From NCBI GenBank assembly GCA_964423445.1, contig CAYREQ010000001.1, positions 65,732 through 129,731 on the forward strand: a stretch of 64,000 bases of DNA, written 5' to 3'. A program made the translations under genes and the position numbers. This document shows positions 50,229 to 60,158 of the stretch, piece by piece; positions within the stretch are counted from its first letter, which is position 1; each line of letters starts with the position of its first letter. The notes under the pieces were generated by a model. The model was not told the DNA's origin. It worked only from the letters and a program-made list of their open reading frames with translations, and did not search any database. The stretch is from an uncultured Candidatus Saccharibacteria bacterium (GTDB lineage Bacteria; Patescibacteriota; Minisyncoccia; Phycocordibacterales; UBA9973).

Positions 50229-51230
50229 CTACATTATTTTACTTAAAAAATCATTAATGATGTCTTCCACTTCTTTGGCCGAGTTTGTCTCCATTAGTTT
50301 TATGCGTAGTTCTTTGGCACCCTCAAAACCATTTATATAAGCTTTGAAGTGTTTTTTCATTACTGCAAAATTTTTATGTCTTGGCTTTGATAATGTCTTT
50401 TCAAAAAGATTTGTGTGCTCTATCAAGACTCTCAATTTTTCTTCTAAGGTTACTGTAAAATTTTCATCCATTAAAAAGAACCAAGGATTACCAAATATTC
50501 CCCGCCCGATCATCACCCCGTCGCAACCATACTTTTGTATTTTTTCTTCACCATCTTTGATGCTCACTACATCTCCATTACCTATAAGTAAAATATCTTT
50601 ACCACTTTTTTTAATAAGTTTTTTTATTTTTTCAATATGTTCCCAGTGTGCAGGCACCAGTGACATCTCCTTGGCAGTACGCAAGTGTATCGTAAGTGCA
50701 GAAATATCTTCTTTTAATAATTCAGGAATCCAATTATCTATATCTTCTTTTGTAAAACCAATTCTAGTCTTTACAGATACTGGTATATTTACACCAGCAG
50801 ACTTTATACCTTCATGTGCTGCTCTAATTATTTTTCTTGCGAGTGCTGGAGTCTTTATCAAACCTGCTCCAGCTCCTTGAGCCACTACTGACTTGTCAGG
50901 ACAACCCATATTTATATCTATACCATCAAAACCAAGGCTGGCCACATACTGGCAAGCCTTTTTCATATTTTCTTCATTAGCACCAAAGACTTGAGCTACT
51001 ATAGGTCTCTCGCTATTTGAAAAGACTAGCAAATGGCTGAGCTTCTTTTTAGCAAGCTTATTTGCCAATCCATCTGCTGCCACAAATTCTGTCCAAAAGA
51101 CTATCTTGTCTTTGTTTTCTCTATTCTTACTATATTTTGCTATAAGATGACGAAAAGCTATGTCTGTGACATCGGACATCGGCGCTAGGCAGAAAAAAGG
51201 TTTATTTAGTTTTGTCCAAAAATTACTCAC
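50229..51230 (-). CDS. tRNA-dihydrouridine synthase
   Basis: LAPM, DINMGCP, SVKTRIG, GNGD, MIGRG. Confidence 0.95.
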   Translation of the reverse strand: MSNFWTKLNKPFFCLAPMSDVTDIAFRHLIAKYSKNRENKDKIVFWTEFVAADGLANKLAKKKLSHLLVFSNSERPIVAQVFGANEENMKKACQYVASLGFDGIDINMGCPDKSVVAQGAGAGLIKTPALARKIIRAAHEGIKSAGVNIPVSVKTRIGFTKEDIDNWIPELLKEDISALTIHLRTAKEMSLVPAHWEHIEKIKKLIKKSGKDILLIGNGDVVSIKDGEEKIQKYGCDGVMIGRGIFGNPWFFLMDENFTVTLEEKLRVLIEHTNLFEKTLSKPRHKNFAVMKKHFKAYINGFEGAKELRIKLMETNSAKEVEDIINDFLSKIM

Positions 51231-52087
51231 TTGAACTTATAGTAAACCTTATTTCCAAACCTCAAGTCAATGTATTCTAATTTTGAGTATTCTTTTTTGA
51301 ATTTTGAAAGTAGTGGCTCAGTATCAAGTGCAGCTTTCAAATTCTCTGCCATTTTTTGAAAATCTGCATCTTTCTTTACCCTTATCTCTGGTCCGAGTAT
51401 GTTTTCTCCAGAGCGAGATAGGTAAATTTTTAAATCCTCACCATCTTCTATGTATAGTATGACAGGCTTCAAATTTATATTTGAAAGTGTATTTTTAAAG
51501 ATGATTAATTTATCAAAATAACCTTTGGCCAGAGATACCCCTGCTGGGTTTTCTCCTCCGGTGGTGCCATAAAATTTAAAATAAACTTCTCCAGAAAAGT
51601 AAGGAGCTTCATCAAAGATATATCCTTCTTTGTCTAAAAAGTAGCATGTCTCTTTGTTGTCATTTTGTGGTGGCACGACTCCACACCATGTATATTCCGG
51701 CTGTCTCTCATTTACTGACACAATTAATTTTTTATCTTTTCCCATAGACAAGTTTATATCTGTCAGTCTTTTAAATTTTTCTCCCAAGCCCAATTGTATT
51801 TTATTCTTTGGGTATAAAAGAATATTTGTTTTTGGAAATAGCCACAAATATTTTCCTTGTATTTCAGTATTGATGAATTCAATTATTGCCTCACTGTCTA
51901 TTACTTTATTACCGGTAGTCTCTACACTAGAAATATTCAATTGTCTTATGCGAGAAATAAAAACTAGACTACCGAGCACGAGTAAAAACCCAAAGATAAT
52001 TATCACCACTTTTCGGATAAAAATTTTTCTCCTAGTGTTTTTTAATTCGAGAAGGCGTGGAGAATTTACGACATTTCGCTTTTGCAT
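51227..52087 (-). CDS. FtsQ/DivIB-like protein
   Basis: Basic N-terminus, TM, POTRA-like region, V.ER.P, EYIDLRFGNKVY terminus. Confidence 0.75.
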   Translation of the reverse strand: MQKRNVVNSPRLLELKNTRRKIFIRKVVIIIFGFLLVLGSLVFISRIRQLNISSVETTGNKVIDSEAIIEFINTEIQGKYLWLFPKTNILLYPKNKIQLGLGEKFKRLTDINLSMGKDKKLIVSVNERQPEYTWCGVVPPQNDNKETCYFLDKEGYIFDEAPYFSGEVYFKFYGTTGGENPAGVSLAKGYFDKLIIFKNTLSNINLKPVILYIEDGEDLKIYLSRSGENILGPEIRVKKDADFQKMAENLKAALDTEPLLSKFKKEYSKLEYIDLRFGNKVYYKFK

Positions 52088-52098
52088 TAAAATAGTTT

Positions 52099-53364
52099 TT
52101 ATTTTATAAATTCTTTACCTCCCATGTATTTTTGTAAGACTTCTGGGATTTTTACAGAGCCATCAGCTTGTTGAAAATTTTCTATCATAGAAACCAAGAT
52201 TCTAGGAGTAGGTATGGCTGTAGAGTTTAGTGAGTGTGCATAATGCATTTTTCCTTCTTCGTCTTTATATCTAATACCAAAACGTCTGCATTGAAAATCA
52301 TGGAAATAAGATGCAGAAGAAATTTCTCTATATTTATTTTCTTTTGGCACCCAGAGTTCTATGTCATATTTTTTTACCTGACCCATACCGAGGTCTCCTC
52401 CACAATTTATGACTGTATGATAAGGGATACCAAGTGATTCTATGAATTCTTCAGTATTTCTATTTATTTCTTCGTGGAATTTTACTGAAGTTTCATGGTT
52501 TGCTTCACACAGTATTACTTGCTCCATTTTATAAAATTCATGTACACGAATTAAACCCTTCACATCTTTTCCATGACTTCCAGCTTCGCGTCTAAAGCAA
52601 GGAGAAAAACCAAGGTGTTTAATTGGGAAAACTTTCTTATCTAAAACTTCTCCAGAATACATACCTGTAAGTGGGATTTCTGCAGTACCAGCGAGAGCAT
52701 CTCCATCTTGAGTCATATAATAGTCTTCTACATCTCCTGGGAGGTGTCCTGTACCATAGAGATTTTGTTTTTTTACAATTACTGGTGGTATTACGGGAGA
52801 AAATCCTCTACTAGAGAAAAAATCTAAAGCGTAATTCCAAATAGCAAAAGAAAGTCTCGCACCATCATTTGTCAAAAAGTATCCTCGAAAACCATGAATC
52901 TTTGTACCTCTTTCAAAGTCCACCATTTTCAGTCTGTTCATTATTTCTATATGGTCTTTTGGTTCAAAACTAAAATTTGGTTTTTCTCCCCAAACTTTTA
53001 CTTCTTGGTTGTCTTCATCTGTCACACCATCTGGCACAGTCATGTCTGGAACATTTGGTACATGGAGCATGAGAGCTTGCCACTCTTCTGTAATTTTTTT
53101 GAGTTTCTCTTCTTTGGCTTTAATATCTTCTTTCACCAAAGTCATTTCTTTAATCAATTGAGCTTTTAGGGCAGGATCTTGGTCGCGAGCTATATTATTT
53201 GAGACCTTGTTTACTTCCGCACGCAAGTCCTCAACCTCTTTTAGCTCTTTCAGGCGCTCGTCATCTATGGCAATTAGTTTTTCAATATCGACATCGATGT
53301 GCTTTTTTTTGGCTCCGGCCTGCACAATGTCTTTATTTTCACGTATAAATTTAATATCTAACAT
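52099..53364 (-). CDS. serS: Serine--tRNA ligase
   Basis: MLDIKFIR, GTAE, CFRREAG, RVHEF, EISSAS. Confidence 0.98.
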   Translation of the reverse strand: MLDIKFIRENKDIVQAGAKKKHIDVDIEKLIAIDDERLKELKEVEDLRAEVNKVSNNIARDQDPALKAQLIKEMTLVKEDIKAKEEKLKKITEEWQALMLHVPNVPDMTVPDGVTDEDNQEVKVWGEKPNFSFEPKDHIEIMNRLKMVDFERGTKIHGFRGYFLTNDGARLSFAIWNYALDFFSSRGFSPVIPPVIVKKQNLYGTGHLPGDVEDYYMTQDGDALAGTAEIPLTGMYSGEVLDKKVFPIKHLGFSPCFRREAGSHGKDVKGLIRVHEFYKMEQVILCEANHETSVKFHEEINRNTEEFIESLGIPYHTVINCGGDLGMGQVKKYDIELWVPKENKYREISSASYFHDFQCRRFGIRYKDEEGKMHYAHSLNSTAIPTPRILVSMIENFQQADGSVKIPEVLQKYMGGKEFIK

Positions 53365-53405
53365 AATTTATATTGTATAATATTTTTGATATAATTACAA
53401 AATAT

Positions 53406-54278
53406 ATGAGTTTTGAATTAAAAATTTTAGAAGGAAATAAAATACCCAATTCCCTTTTAGAAATTCCTCAACCTCCAAAGAAATTATACATTGCCGGACA
53501 ATTACCACCCGAAGGGACTGTGTATTTAGCTGTAGTCGGATCTAGAAAAGCTACGACATATGGCAAAGATATTGTAAAAAAATTAATTCAAGGACTACGA
53601 GGCTATCCGATTGCCATAGTCTCTGGGCTAGCTATCGGTATTGATTACCTTTCACACGAAGCAGCACTCGATGCTGGTCTATATGCGGTAGCTTTTCCAG
53701 GGTCTGGTATTTCTAAAGAAAGTTTTTTTCCACCTACTAGTCTAAAATTAGCAGAAAAAATAGTAGAGAAAGGTGGATGTATCATTTCTGAATTTGAACC
53801 AAATATGAAAGCTCAATATTATTTTTTCCCCATGCGAAATAGACTAGTGGCTGGTCTATCCAAAGCATCACTCATAATAGAGGCACAAGAAAAGTCTGGC
53901 ACACTTATCACAGCTCGCATGGCACTCGATTACAACAAAGAAGTGCTCGCAGTTCCAGGGCCAATAAATTCTCTTTATTCTAAAGGTACAAATAAATTAA
54001 TCCGCCTCGGAGCTACACCGATAACATCTAGTGAAGATATATTGGAAGCTCTTGGTTTTAAAATAAATGAGGAGAGTAAAATAGATAAACAACAAAGTCT
54101 TTTCAATGATGCGAGACCGGAAGAAAAAAAAGTTTTAGCATTACTCGTAGAGCCGATGGAGAGAGATGAATTGATAAGAAAAATGAAAATGCCTACAGGT
54201 GAAGCAAATGCGCTTTTGTCTGTAATGGAAATAAAAGAAATGATAAAAGAAGAGCTCGGAGAGATTCGTTTAGCTTAA
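53406..54278 (+). CDS. dprA: DNA processing protein DprA
   Basis: AVVGSR, VSGLAIGID, FPMRNR, SGTLITA. Confidence 0.96.
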   Translation: MSFELKILEGNKIPNSLLEIPQPPKKLYIAGQLPPEGTVYLAVVGSRKATTYGKDIVKKLIQGLRGYPIAIVSGLAIGIDYLSHEAALDAGLYAVAFPGSGISKESFFPPTSLKLAEKIVEKGGCIISEFEPNMKAQYYFFPMRNRLVAGLSKASLIIEAQEKSGTLITARMALDYNKEVLAVPGPINSLYSKGTNKLIRLGATPITSSEDILEALGFKINEESKIDKQQSLFNDARPEEKKVLALLVEPMERDELIRKMKMPTGEANALLSVMEIKEMIKEELGEIRLA

Positions 54279-54343
54279 TTTTTTTCAAAAAATCTCACAG
54301 AAATTTGCAAAAGAGTAATATTACGTGTAATACTTGTCTTTAT

Positions 54344-56551
54344 ATGAAATTATTAATTGTGGAATCACCATCAAAAGCGAAGACCATTGAGAAATATCTC
54401 GAGGGAGCTTTTACTGTGCGTGCATCCGTCGGGCATATTCGTGATTTACCAAAATCAAATAAAATAGCCATAGATATTGAAGGTGGTTTTATTCCTCACT
54501 ATGAAATTTCAAAAGGAAAAGAAAAGGTAGTTCACGAACTCCAAACCCTTGCAAAAAAAGCTACTGAAATAATGCTCGCTACTGACCCCGACCGTGAAGG
54601 AGAAGCCATAGCTTGGCACATAGAAGAGCTTTTAAAACAAGATAAAAAAATCAAAGCTCCTATAGAGCGAGTGGCTTTTTATGAAATTACCAAAGAAGCA
54701 GTGCATGAAGCTTTAAAGCACCCTAGAAAAATAGATACAAATTTAAGACAAGCGCAAGAAGCCCGTAGAGTATTAGATAGATTAGTGGGTTATGATTTGT
54801 CTGGTCTTATTTGGAAAAAAGTACGATATGGATTATCTGCAGGAAGAGTGCAATCTCCTGCTCTTCGTATAATTATGGAACGTGAGCGTGAGATACGAGC
54901 TTTTATTCCAGAAAAATTTTGGAAAATAAAAGGCCTTTTTGAAACTAAAAAAGAAGATAAATTAATCTTGGAATGCTCCGAAGAGCCTAGAGATGAAAAA
55001 CTTGTCGACAAGATAATGGAAGCTGGCAAGAAAGGCACCTGGGTGGTAAGTAATTTAAAAGAGACAGAACAAAAGCGTGTACCACGTGCACCTTTTACTA
55101 CTTCTACACTTCAACAGACAGCGAGTTCTCGCCTTGGATATTCTCCTTCTCGTACTATGCAACTCGCACAAAAATTATACGAAGCTGGACATATCACATA
55201 TATGCGTACTGATAGTACAAATCTAAGTACTGTGGCCTTAGGTCAAATAAATGCTTTCATAAAAAAACAATATGGAAAAGAATATGCACAAGAAAGAATA
55301 TATAAAACAAAATCAAAAAACGCACAGGAGGCCCACGAAGCTATTCGCCCTACACATATAGAGAGCATGATGGCTGGTACTGATGAGCAACAAAGATTAT
55401 ATAGACTCATATGGGAGCGTGCAGTGTCTTCACAGATGACAGATGCAAAATTATTAAAGACAAAAATCACAGCTAAAATCGAAGGAGAAAAAGATTTACC
55501 AGACTTTAGTGCAAATGGTTCACGTCTACTTTTCCCTGGATGGCTCAAAGTGGACAGCGGAGCACGAGGTGAAGATGTGGAATTACCAATAGTAAAGGTT
55601 GGTGAAGAATTAAAATTGCTTAATTTAATAAATGAAGAAAAATTTACCGAGCCACCAAGTAGATATAGTGAAGCTGGACTCATCAAAGAATTAGAAAGTA
55701 GAGGCATAGGGCGACCGAGTACATATGCTTCTATTATGAGGACCATAGAAGATAGAGGTTATATAAAAAAAGAAGGTAAGACATTATTCCCTACTGACAC
55801 AGGTGAAGTAGTATCTGATTTCTTGGAAAAACATTTTATGAAATATATTTCAGATGTTTTTACAGCAGAGATGGAAGATGAGCTGGACGAAATTTCTCGT
55901 GGAGAAAGAGAATATAAAAAAACTCTTACAGATTTTTACGGTCCATTTTTGAAAGATGTAAAATCAAAAGATAAATTAGAAAAAGCTACAAATTTAGGTG
56001 AAGCACCAGCAAACATAAAATGTCCAAAATGCGGTAGCTCTATGATAGTAAAATTATCTCGCGCTGGAAAATTTTATTCATGTTCAAAATATCCTGACTG
56101 TGATGGAGCACTAATGCTAGACGGTACAGAATTAAAAGGTCCAGTAGAGACTGGAGAAATGTGCCCAGAGTGTGGAGAGAAAAAAGGAAAATCTGGTGGA
56201 GGTAAACTCATAGTACGTGAACGCCGAGATGGCACAGGGACATTTATATCTTGCTCTCGTTATCCAAAATGTAAATTTGTGAAAAGCGACGAAGCTGATG
56301 AAGCTAAAAAACGCACAGGTGTAATGTGTCCGGACTGTAAGACTGGAGATATTAGTGAGCGCCGTGGAAGATTTGGAATTTTTTATTCTTGTTCAAACTA
56401 TCCAAAGTGTAAATTTGCTATTAAAGCAAAACCAACAGGAAATATATGTAAAGATTGTGGCAGTCTAATGATGGAAGGTACAAAGACTATACCTGAGAGA
56501 TGCAGTAATAAAACTTGCCCCAACCACAATCCACACAAACTCAATAAATAG
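54344..56551 (+). CDS. topA: DNA topoisomerase I with C-terminal zinc ribbons
   Basis: IVESPSKA, DPDREGE, SAGRVQS, ITYMRTDS; four CxxC modules. Confidence 0.98.
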   Translation: MKLLIVESPSKAKTIEKYLEGAFTVRASVGHIRDLPKSNKIAIDIEGGFIPHYEISKGKEKVVHELQTLAKKATEIMLATDPDREGEAIAWHIEELLKQDKKIKAPIERVAFYEITKEAVHEALKHPRKIDTNLRQAQEARRVLDRLVGYDLSGLIWKKVRYGLSAGRVQSPALRIIMEREREIRAFIPEKFWKIKGLFETKKEDKLILECSEEPRDEKLVDKIMEAGKKGTWVVSNLKETEQKRVPRAPFTTSTLQQTASSRLGYSPSRTMQLAQKLYEAGHITYMRTDSTNLSTVALGQINAFIKKQYGKEYAQERIYKTKSKNAQEAHEAIRPTHIESMMAGTDEQQRLYRLIWERAVSSQMTDAKLLKTKITAKIEGEKDLPDFSANGSRLLFPGWLKVDSGARGEDVELPIVKVGEELKLLNLINEEKFTEPPSRYSEAGLIKELESRGIGRPSTYASIMRTIEDRGYIKKEGKTLFPTDTGEVVSDFLEKHFMKYISDVFTAEMEDELDEISRGEREYKKTLTDFYGPFLKDVKSKDKLEKATNLGEAPANIKCPKCGSSMIVKLSRAGKFYSCSKYPDCDGALMLDGTELKGPVETGEMCPECGEKKGKSGGGKLIVRERRDGTGTFISCSRYPKCKFVKSDEADEAKKRTGVMCPDCKTGDISERRGRFGIFYSCSNYPKCKFAIKAKPTGNICKDCGSLMMEGTKTIPERCSNKTCPNHNPHKLNK

Positions 56552-56573
56552 AATAGTTTTTGTCATATAAATT

Positions 56574-56607
56574 AAAAAAGCCGGTAGCATTTCTGCGTAC
56601 CGGCTTT
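56574..56607. terminator. Bidirectional terminator
   Basis: AAAGCCGGTA...TACCGGCTTT. Confidence 0.8.
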
Positions 56608-56629
56608 AGTCTATGATGTTGATGAAAAA

Positions 56630-57343
56630 TTATCCGACAAAGCGCGGGCGTTCGGCTTTTTCTTTTGGCGGATTAATCATCTTTACCTCGCCGTTTTTTT
56701 TGATTTGAAAGGTGCTGTCGTCCCCTTTCTCATTTATTAGACGCATTAAGAGTTTTGAATCTTCGGCGTCAAAAATGATTGCACCCTTGGAGTTTTTAAA
56801 TCCATGAGTGTAGTTTGATATTGGAAGTTTGAACTCCTCGGGAGATAAAATGCCTCCAAATTTTTGTATTACCGCCATGGCTTCGGGAGTAAAGTATACA
56901 CGGCGGTCGATTTCATCGACGAGCAAATTAAAATTATTTATTGCTCGCCACTCTATCTCGGCAGATACCTGCTCAAGAGCAGAATCTTCTGACCACTTGT
57001 CCCAATCGACGACGACCGCCGTAGCTGAAACATTGTGAGTCATTTTCCCCGATTGATAAGACCGAAAAGTGTCGGACCATATAACTTCGTACTTGCCTTT
57101 GTACGATACTTTCCTTTCAGGTATTTTGAGATGTACCTTTCCTCCACCATCGAGTTCTACTTTAATAGTGATATCTCGCCGGACGACAGACCCAGAGAGA
57201 TTTTCGTCTAGGTTGATAGTGCATACATCCGTACCGACGTTTAAGATTATCTTTGTCGGCATGGGTGAAAGTGTTTCTTGGGCAAGTGTCTTTACGCCAA
57301 ACAAAGACACAAAAAACATAGCGACTAAAAGCATTTTTTTCAT
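56630..57343 (-). CDS. Orphan secreted protein
   Basis: MKKMLLVAMFFVSLFGVKTLA signal peptide; visibly GC-richer than flanks. Confidence 0.75.
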   Translation of the reverse strand: MKKMLLVAMFFVSLFGVKTLAQETLSPMPTKIILNVGTDVCTINLDENLSGSVVRRDITIKVELDGGGKVHLKIPERKVSYKGKYEVIWSDTFRSYQSGKMTHNVSATAVVVDWDKWSEDSALEQVSAEIEWRAINNFNLLVDEIDRRVYFTPEAMAVIQKFGGILSPEEFKLPISNYTHGFKNSKGAIIFDAEDSKLLMRLINEKGDDSTFQIKKNGEVKMINPPKEKAERPRFVG

Positions 57344-57487
57344 TTCATTTCTTCCTTTTTCAAGTTTTGTCAAAAAGCTCAGATCGAGAGCTCGGGCTAG
57401 TTCAAGACAATAATGTATATTTTATTTAGAATTGTCAATATTAAATTTAAAATTCTCAGACTTGATTTGTTGTGATATAATCATTTT

Positions 57488-58960
57488 ATGTCTATGGAAG
57501 TCAAAGAAATACTAGATCTCATGCCTGAGAGCATGACGAAGAAAGACGAAGAATTGATAATAAAAGCATATAATTATGCTAAAAAAGCTCACGAAGGACA
57601 AAAGAGAATGAGTGGAGAGCCATATTTTGTCCATGTATTTGAGACTGCAAAAACTCTAGCTACTCTCAGTATGGATGTCCAGACCATAGCTGCTGGCTTG
57701 CTTCACGACACTATCGAAGATACAGAAGTCACCGAAGAAGAACTAGAAAAAGAATTTGGTGAAAATATTGTATTTTTAGTAAAAGGAGTCACCAAGCTAG
57801 CGACTTTAAAATATAGTGGTTATGAGAGACATGTAGAAAGTCTACGAAAATTTTTCATGGCCATGGCAAATGATTTACGTGTGGTCATCATAAAATTAGC
57901 AGACAGACTTCACAATTTAAATACTTTGCAACATATTCGTGAAGATAAAAAGAAACGTATCGCCTTAGAGTCTATCAGTGTCTATGCCCCTCTCGCGAAT
58001 CGTCTTGGTATGGGAAAATTGAAAGGAGAAATAGAAGACGCTGCTTTTCCTTATGCTTATCCAAAAGAGTATAAACAAATGCAAGAAATTTTGGATGAAA
58101 AAAGAGAAGCATATGAAAAAAATCTTGAGATAGTGAGAACTGAATTAAAAAAAGAACTTGATAAAAATAATATCAAATGTGCCGAGCTCGACTATAGAGT
58201 AAAACACAAATATAGTCTATATAAAAAACTTTTGAAATATGACATGGACATAGATAAAATCTATGACATAGTCGCTCTGCGTGTAGTCGTAGACAATGTA
58301 GAAGAATGTTATAGAGTGCTCGGAGTAATACATTCAATTTGGAATCCCCTTCCTGGCAGAATTAAAGATTATATTGCATTACCAAAGCCAAACGGCTATC
58401 GCTCTATACATACCACGGTGCTCACAGGATTGGGTGGTATTGCAGAAATCCAAATCAAAACAAAAGAAATGCACAATGAAGCTACTTATGGTATCGCTGC
58501 ACACTTTGCATACAAGGAAGGTAAGAAAAAGAAAAAAAATGCAATGAGTGAGTTGAAATTTGATTGGATTGAAGATTTGAAAAATTTAAAATATTCCCCA
58601 GATGAACCAAAGAAATTTATTGAACACCTAAAGACAGACTTTTTCAATGATAGAATTTTCGTTTTTACACCAAAGGGTGACGTAGTAGACCTGCCAGAAG
58701 ATTCCACTCCGGTAGATTTTGCTTATGCCATACACTCTGACATAGGAGACCATATTTCTGGAGTAAAAATAAATGATAAAATGTCACAGATTTTTTCCAA
58801 ATTAAAAAATGGAGATATTGTAAATATAATAATAAACAAGAACTCTCGTCCATCAAATAAATGGCTAGAGTATGCGAAGACTGCAGTAGCTAGAAAACAT
58901 ATAAAGCACTATCTTGAAAATAATACTCTCTTAAATAGACTCAAGTCTTTTGGGAAATAA
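57488..58960 (+). CDS. RelA/SpoT family (p)ppGpp hydrolase/synthetase with TGS domain, C-terminally short
   Basis: LLHDTIED, KLADRLHN, RIKDYI, NGYRSIH, EIQI, FTPKG...DFAYAIH. Confidence 0.95.
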   Translation: MSMEVKEILDLMPESMTKKDEELIIKAYNYAKKAHEGQKRMSGEPYFVHVFETAKTLATLSMDVQTIAAGLLHDTIEDTEVTEEELEKEFGENIVFLVKGVTKLATLKYSGYERHVESLRKFFMAMANDLRVVIIKLADRLHNLNTLQHIREDKKKRIALESISVYAPLANRLGMGKLKGEIEDAAFPYAYPKEYKQMQEILDEKREAYEKNLEIVRTELKKELDKNNIKCAELDYRVKHKYSLYKKLLKYDMDIDKIYDIVALRVVVDNVEECYRVLGVIHSIWNPLPGRIKDYIALPKPNGYRSIHTTVLTGLGGIAEIQIKTKEMHNEATYGIAAHFAYKEGKKKKKNAMSELKFDWIEDLKNLKYSPDEPKKFIEHLKTDFFNDRIFVFTPKGDVVDLPEDSTPVDFAYAIHSDIGDHISGVKINDKMSQIFSKLKNGDIVNIIINKNSRPSNKWLEYAKTAVARKHIKHYLENNTLLNRLKSFGK

Positions 58961-58964
58961 AATA

Positions 58965-59978
58965 CTAAACACTAAAATTAGAGATATTGTATAGATCATT
59001 GTCGTCTCGCTCTACTTCGTCTTTACTTCTGTCATCTTCTGCTATTTCGGGTATTTCTCCAGCTTCAGGGTTTGTAGCTTTTTCACCTTCGTTTGCAATG
59101 TATTTTTCCATTAGGCCTGCTTGTGGAGGTACTCCAGATGCAATCTTTTCATTATTTGATTTATTAATTAAATTTAAAATTTCTCTCAAGTCCTCGTTTG
59201 AGAAAAAATCAATTTTTATTTGCCCGCCCAATTCACGCCTATCTATGTGTACACGAGTTCCTAATTTTTCTTGGAATTCTTCTTCCAATTCTGTGATTTC
59301 TGGGTCTGGCATAAATTCTTTCTTTCTAATACGATCATAAGCGATTTTGCGAGCCAATTTCTCTGCTTCACGTACTGTAATTTTTCGGTAAATTATTTCT
59401 TTATACAAGACCATCTGTTCTTCTGGGTGATCTATCAGCATGAGTAGTGGTCTAGTGTGTCCATCGGTGAGCTTGCCTTCTGAGAGACCAGTCAAAATTT
59501 CTTCTGGCAGGTTTAAAATACGAAGTGAGTTTGATACATACTCTCTACTCTTACCCATTTTCTTTGCAATTTCACTGTGAGTAAATTTAAATTCACTAGC
59601 TAATCTAAAAAAAGCTCTAGCTCTGTCTACGGCATTCAAATCTTCACGTTGTAGATTTTCAATGATGGCTAGCTCTAATTTCATCATTGAAGTGTCTCCT
59701 GTGCGTATGATAGCTGGCACTTGTGACACACCTGCGAGCATTGCTGCTCGGAGCCTACGCTCTCCTGCTATCAATTCATATTCAGTGAGAAGTCCTCCGC
59801 CTTCTTTTTCTACTTCCAAGCGAGATACAGTCAGTGGCTGAAGTACGCCATACTGCTTTATAGATTGAGATAAGTCTTGCAATCTAACAGGGTCAAAATC
59901 TCTCCTAGGTTGGTAGGGGTTTGGTCTTATCTTGTCTGTATCAATCCAGAAAATTGAGTTGGAATAAATGTTTGACAT
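58965..59978 (-). CDS. parB: ParB/Spo0J partition protein
   Basis: PNPYQPR, GVLQP, IAGERRLRA, ENLQREDL, HTH. Confidence 0.93.
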   Translation of the reverse strand: MSNIYSNSIFWIDTDKIRPNPYQPRRDFDPVRLQDLSQSIKQYGVLQPLTVSRLEVEKEGGGLLTEYELIAGERRLRAAMLAGVSQVPAIIRTGDTSMMKLELAIIENLQREDLNAVDRARAFFRLASEFKFTHSEIAKKMGKSREYVSNSLRILNLPEEILTGLSEGKLTDGHTRPLLMLIDHPEEQMVLYKEIIYRKITVREAEKLARKIAYDRIRKKEFMPDPEITELEEEFQEKLGTRVHIDRRELGGQIKIDFFSNEDLREILNLINKSNNEKIASGVPPQAGLMEKYIANEGEKATNPEAGEIPEIAEDDRSKDEVERDDNDLYNISNFSV

Positions 59979-60072
59979 AAAAGTATTTTAGCATACATGT
60001 TTTATTTTTAATAATTGATTTATATGTACTTTTTGTGTAAAATGTGTGAATTGTGGTGTATAAAATAAATAC

Positions 60073-60156
60073 GCCCGGGTGGCGGAATTGGTAGACGCAA
60101 ACGACTCAAAATCGTTCGAGGGCAACCTCATGAGAGTTCAATTCTCTCCCCGGGCA
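60073..60156 (+). tRNA. tRNA-Leu (CAA), CCA not encoded
   Basis: GCCCGGG...CCCGGGC-A acceptor; anticodon loop CTCAAAA; long variable arm. Confidence 0.95.
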
Positions 60157-60158
60157 CA

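Noticed and set aside
58965-59978. parB without adjacent parA; possible parS or origin nearby
   Set aside because: No parS palindrome or DnaA-box cluster was seen, and parA may lie outside the window
48300-60156. Integrative elements at the two tRNA genes
   Set aside because: No integrase and no duplicated tRNA 3' end seen
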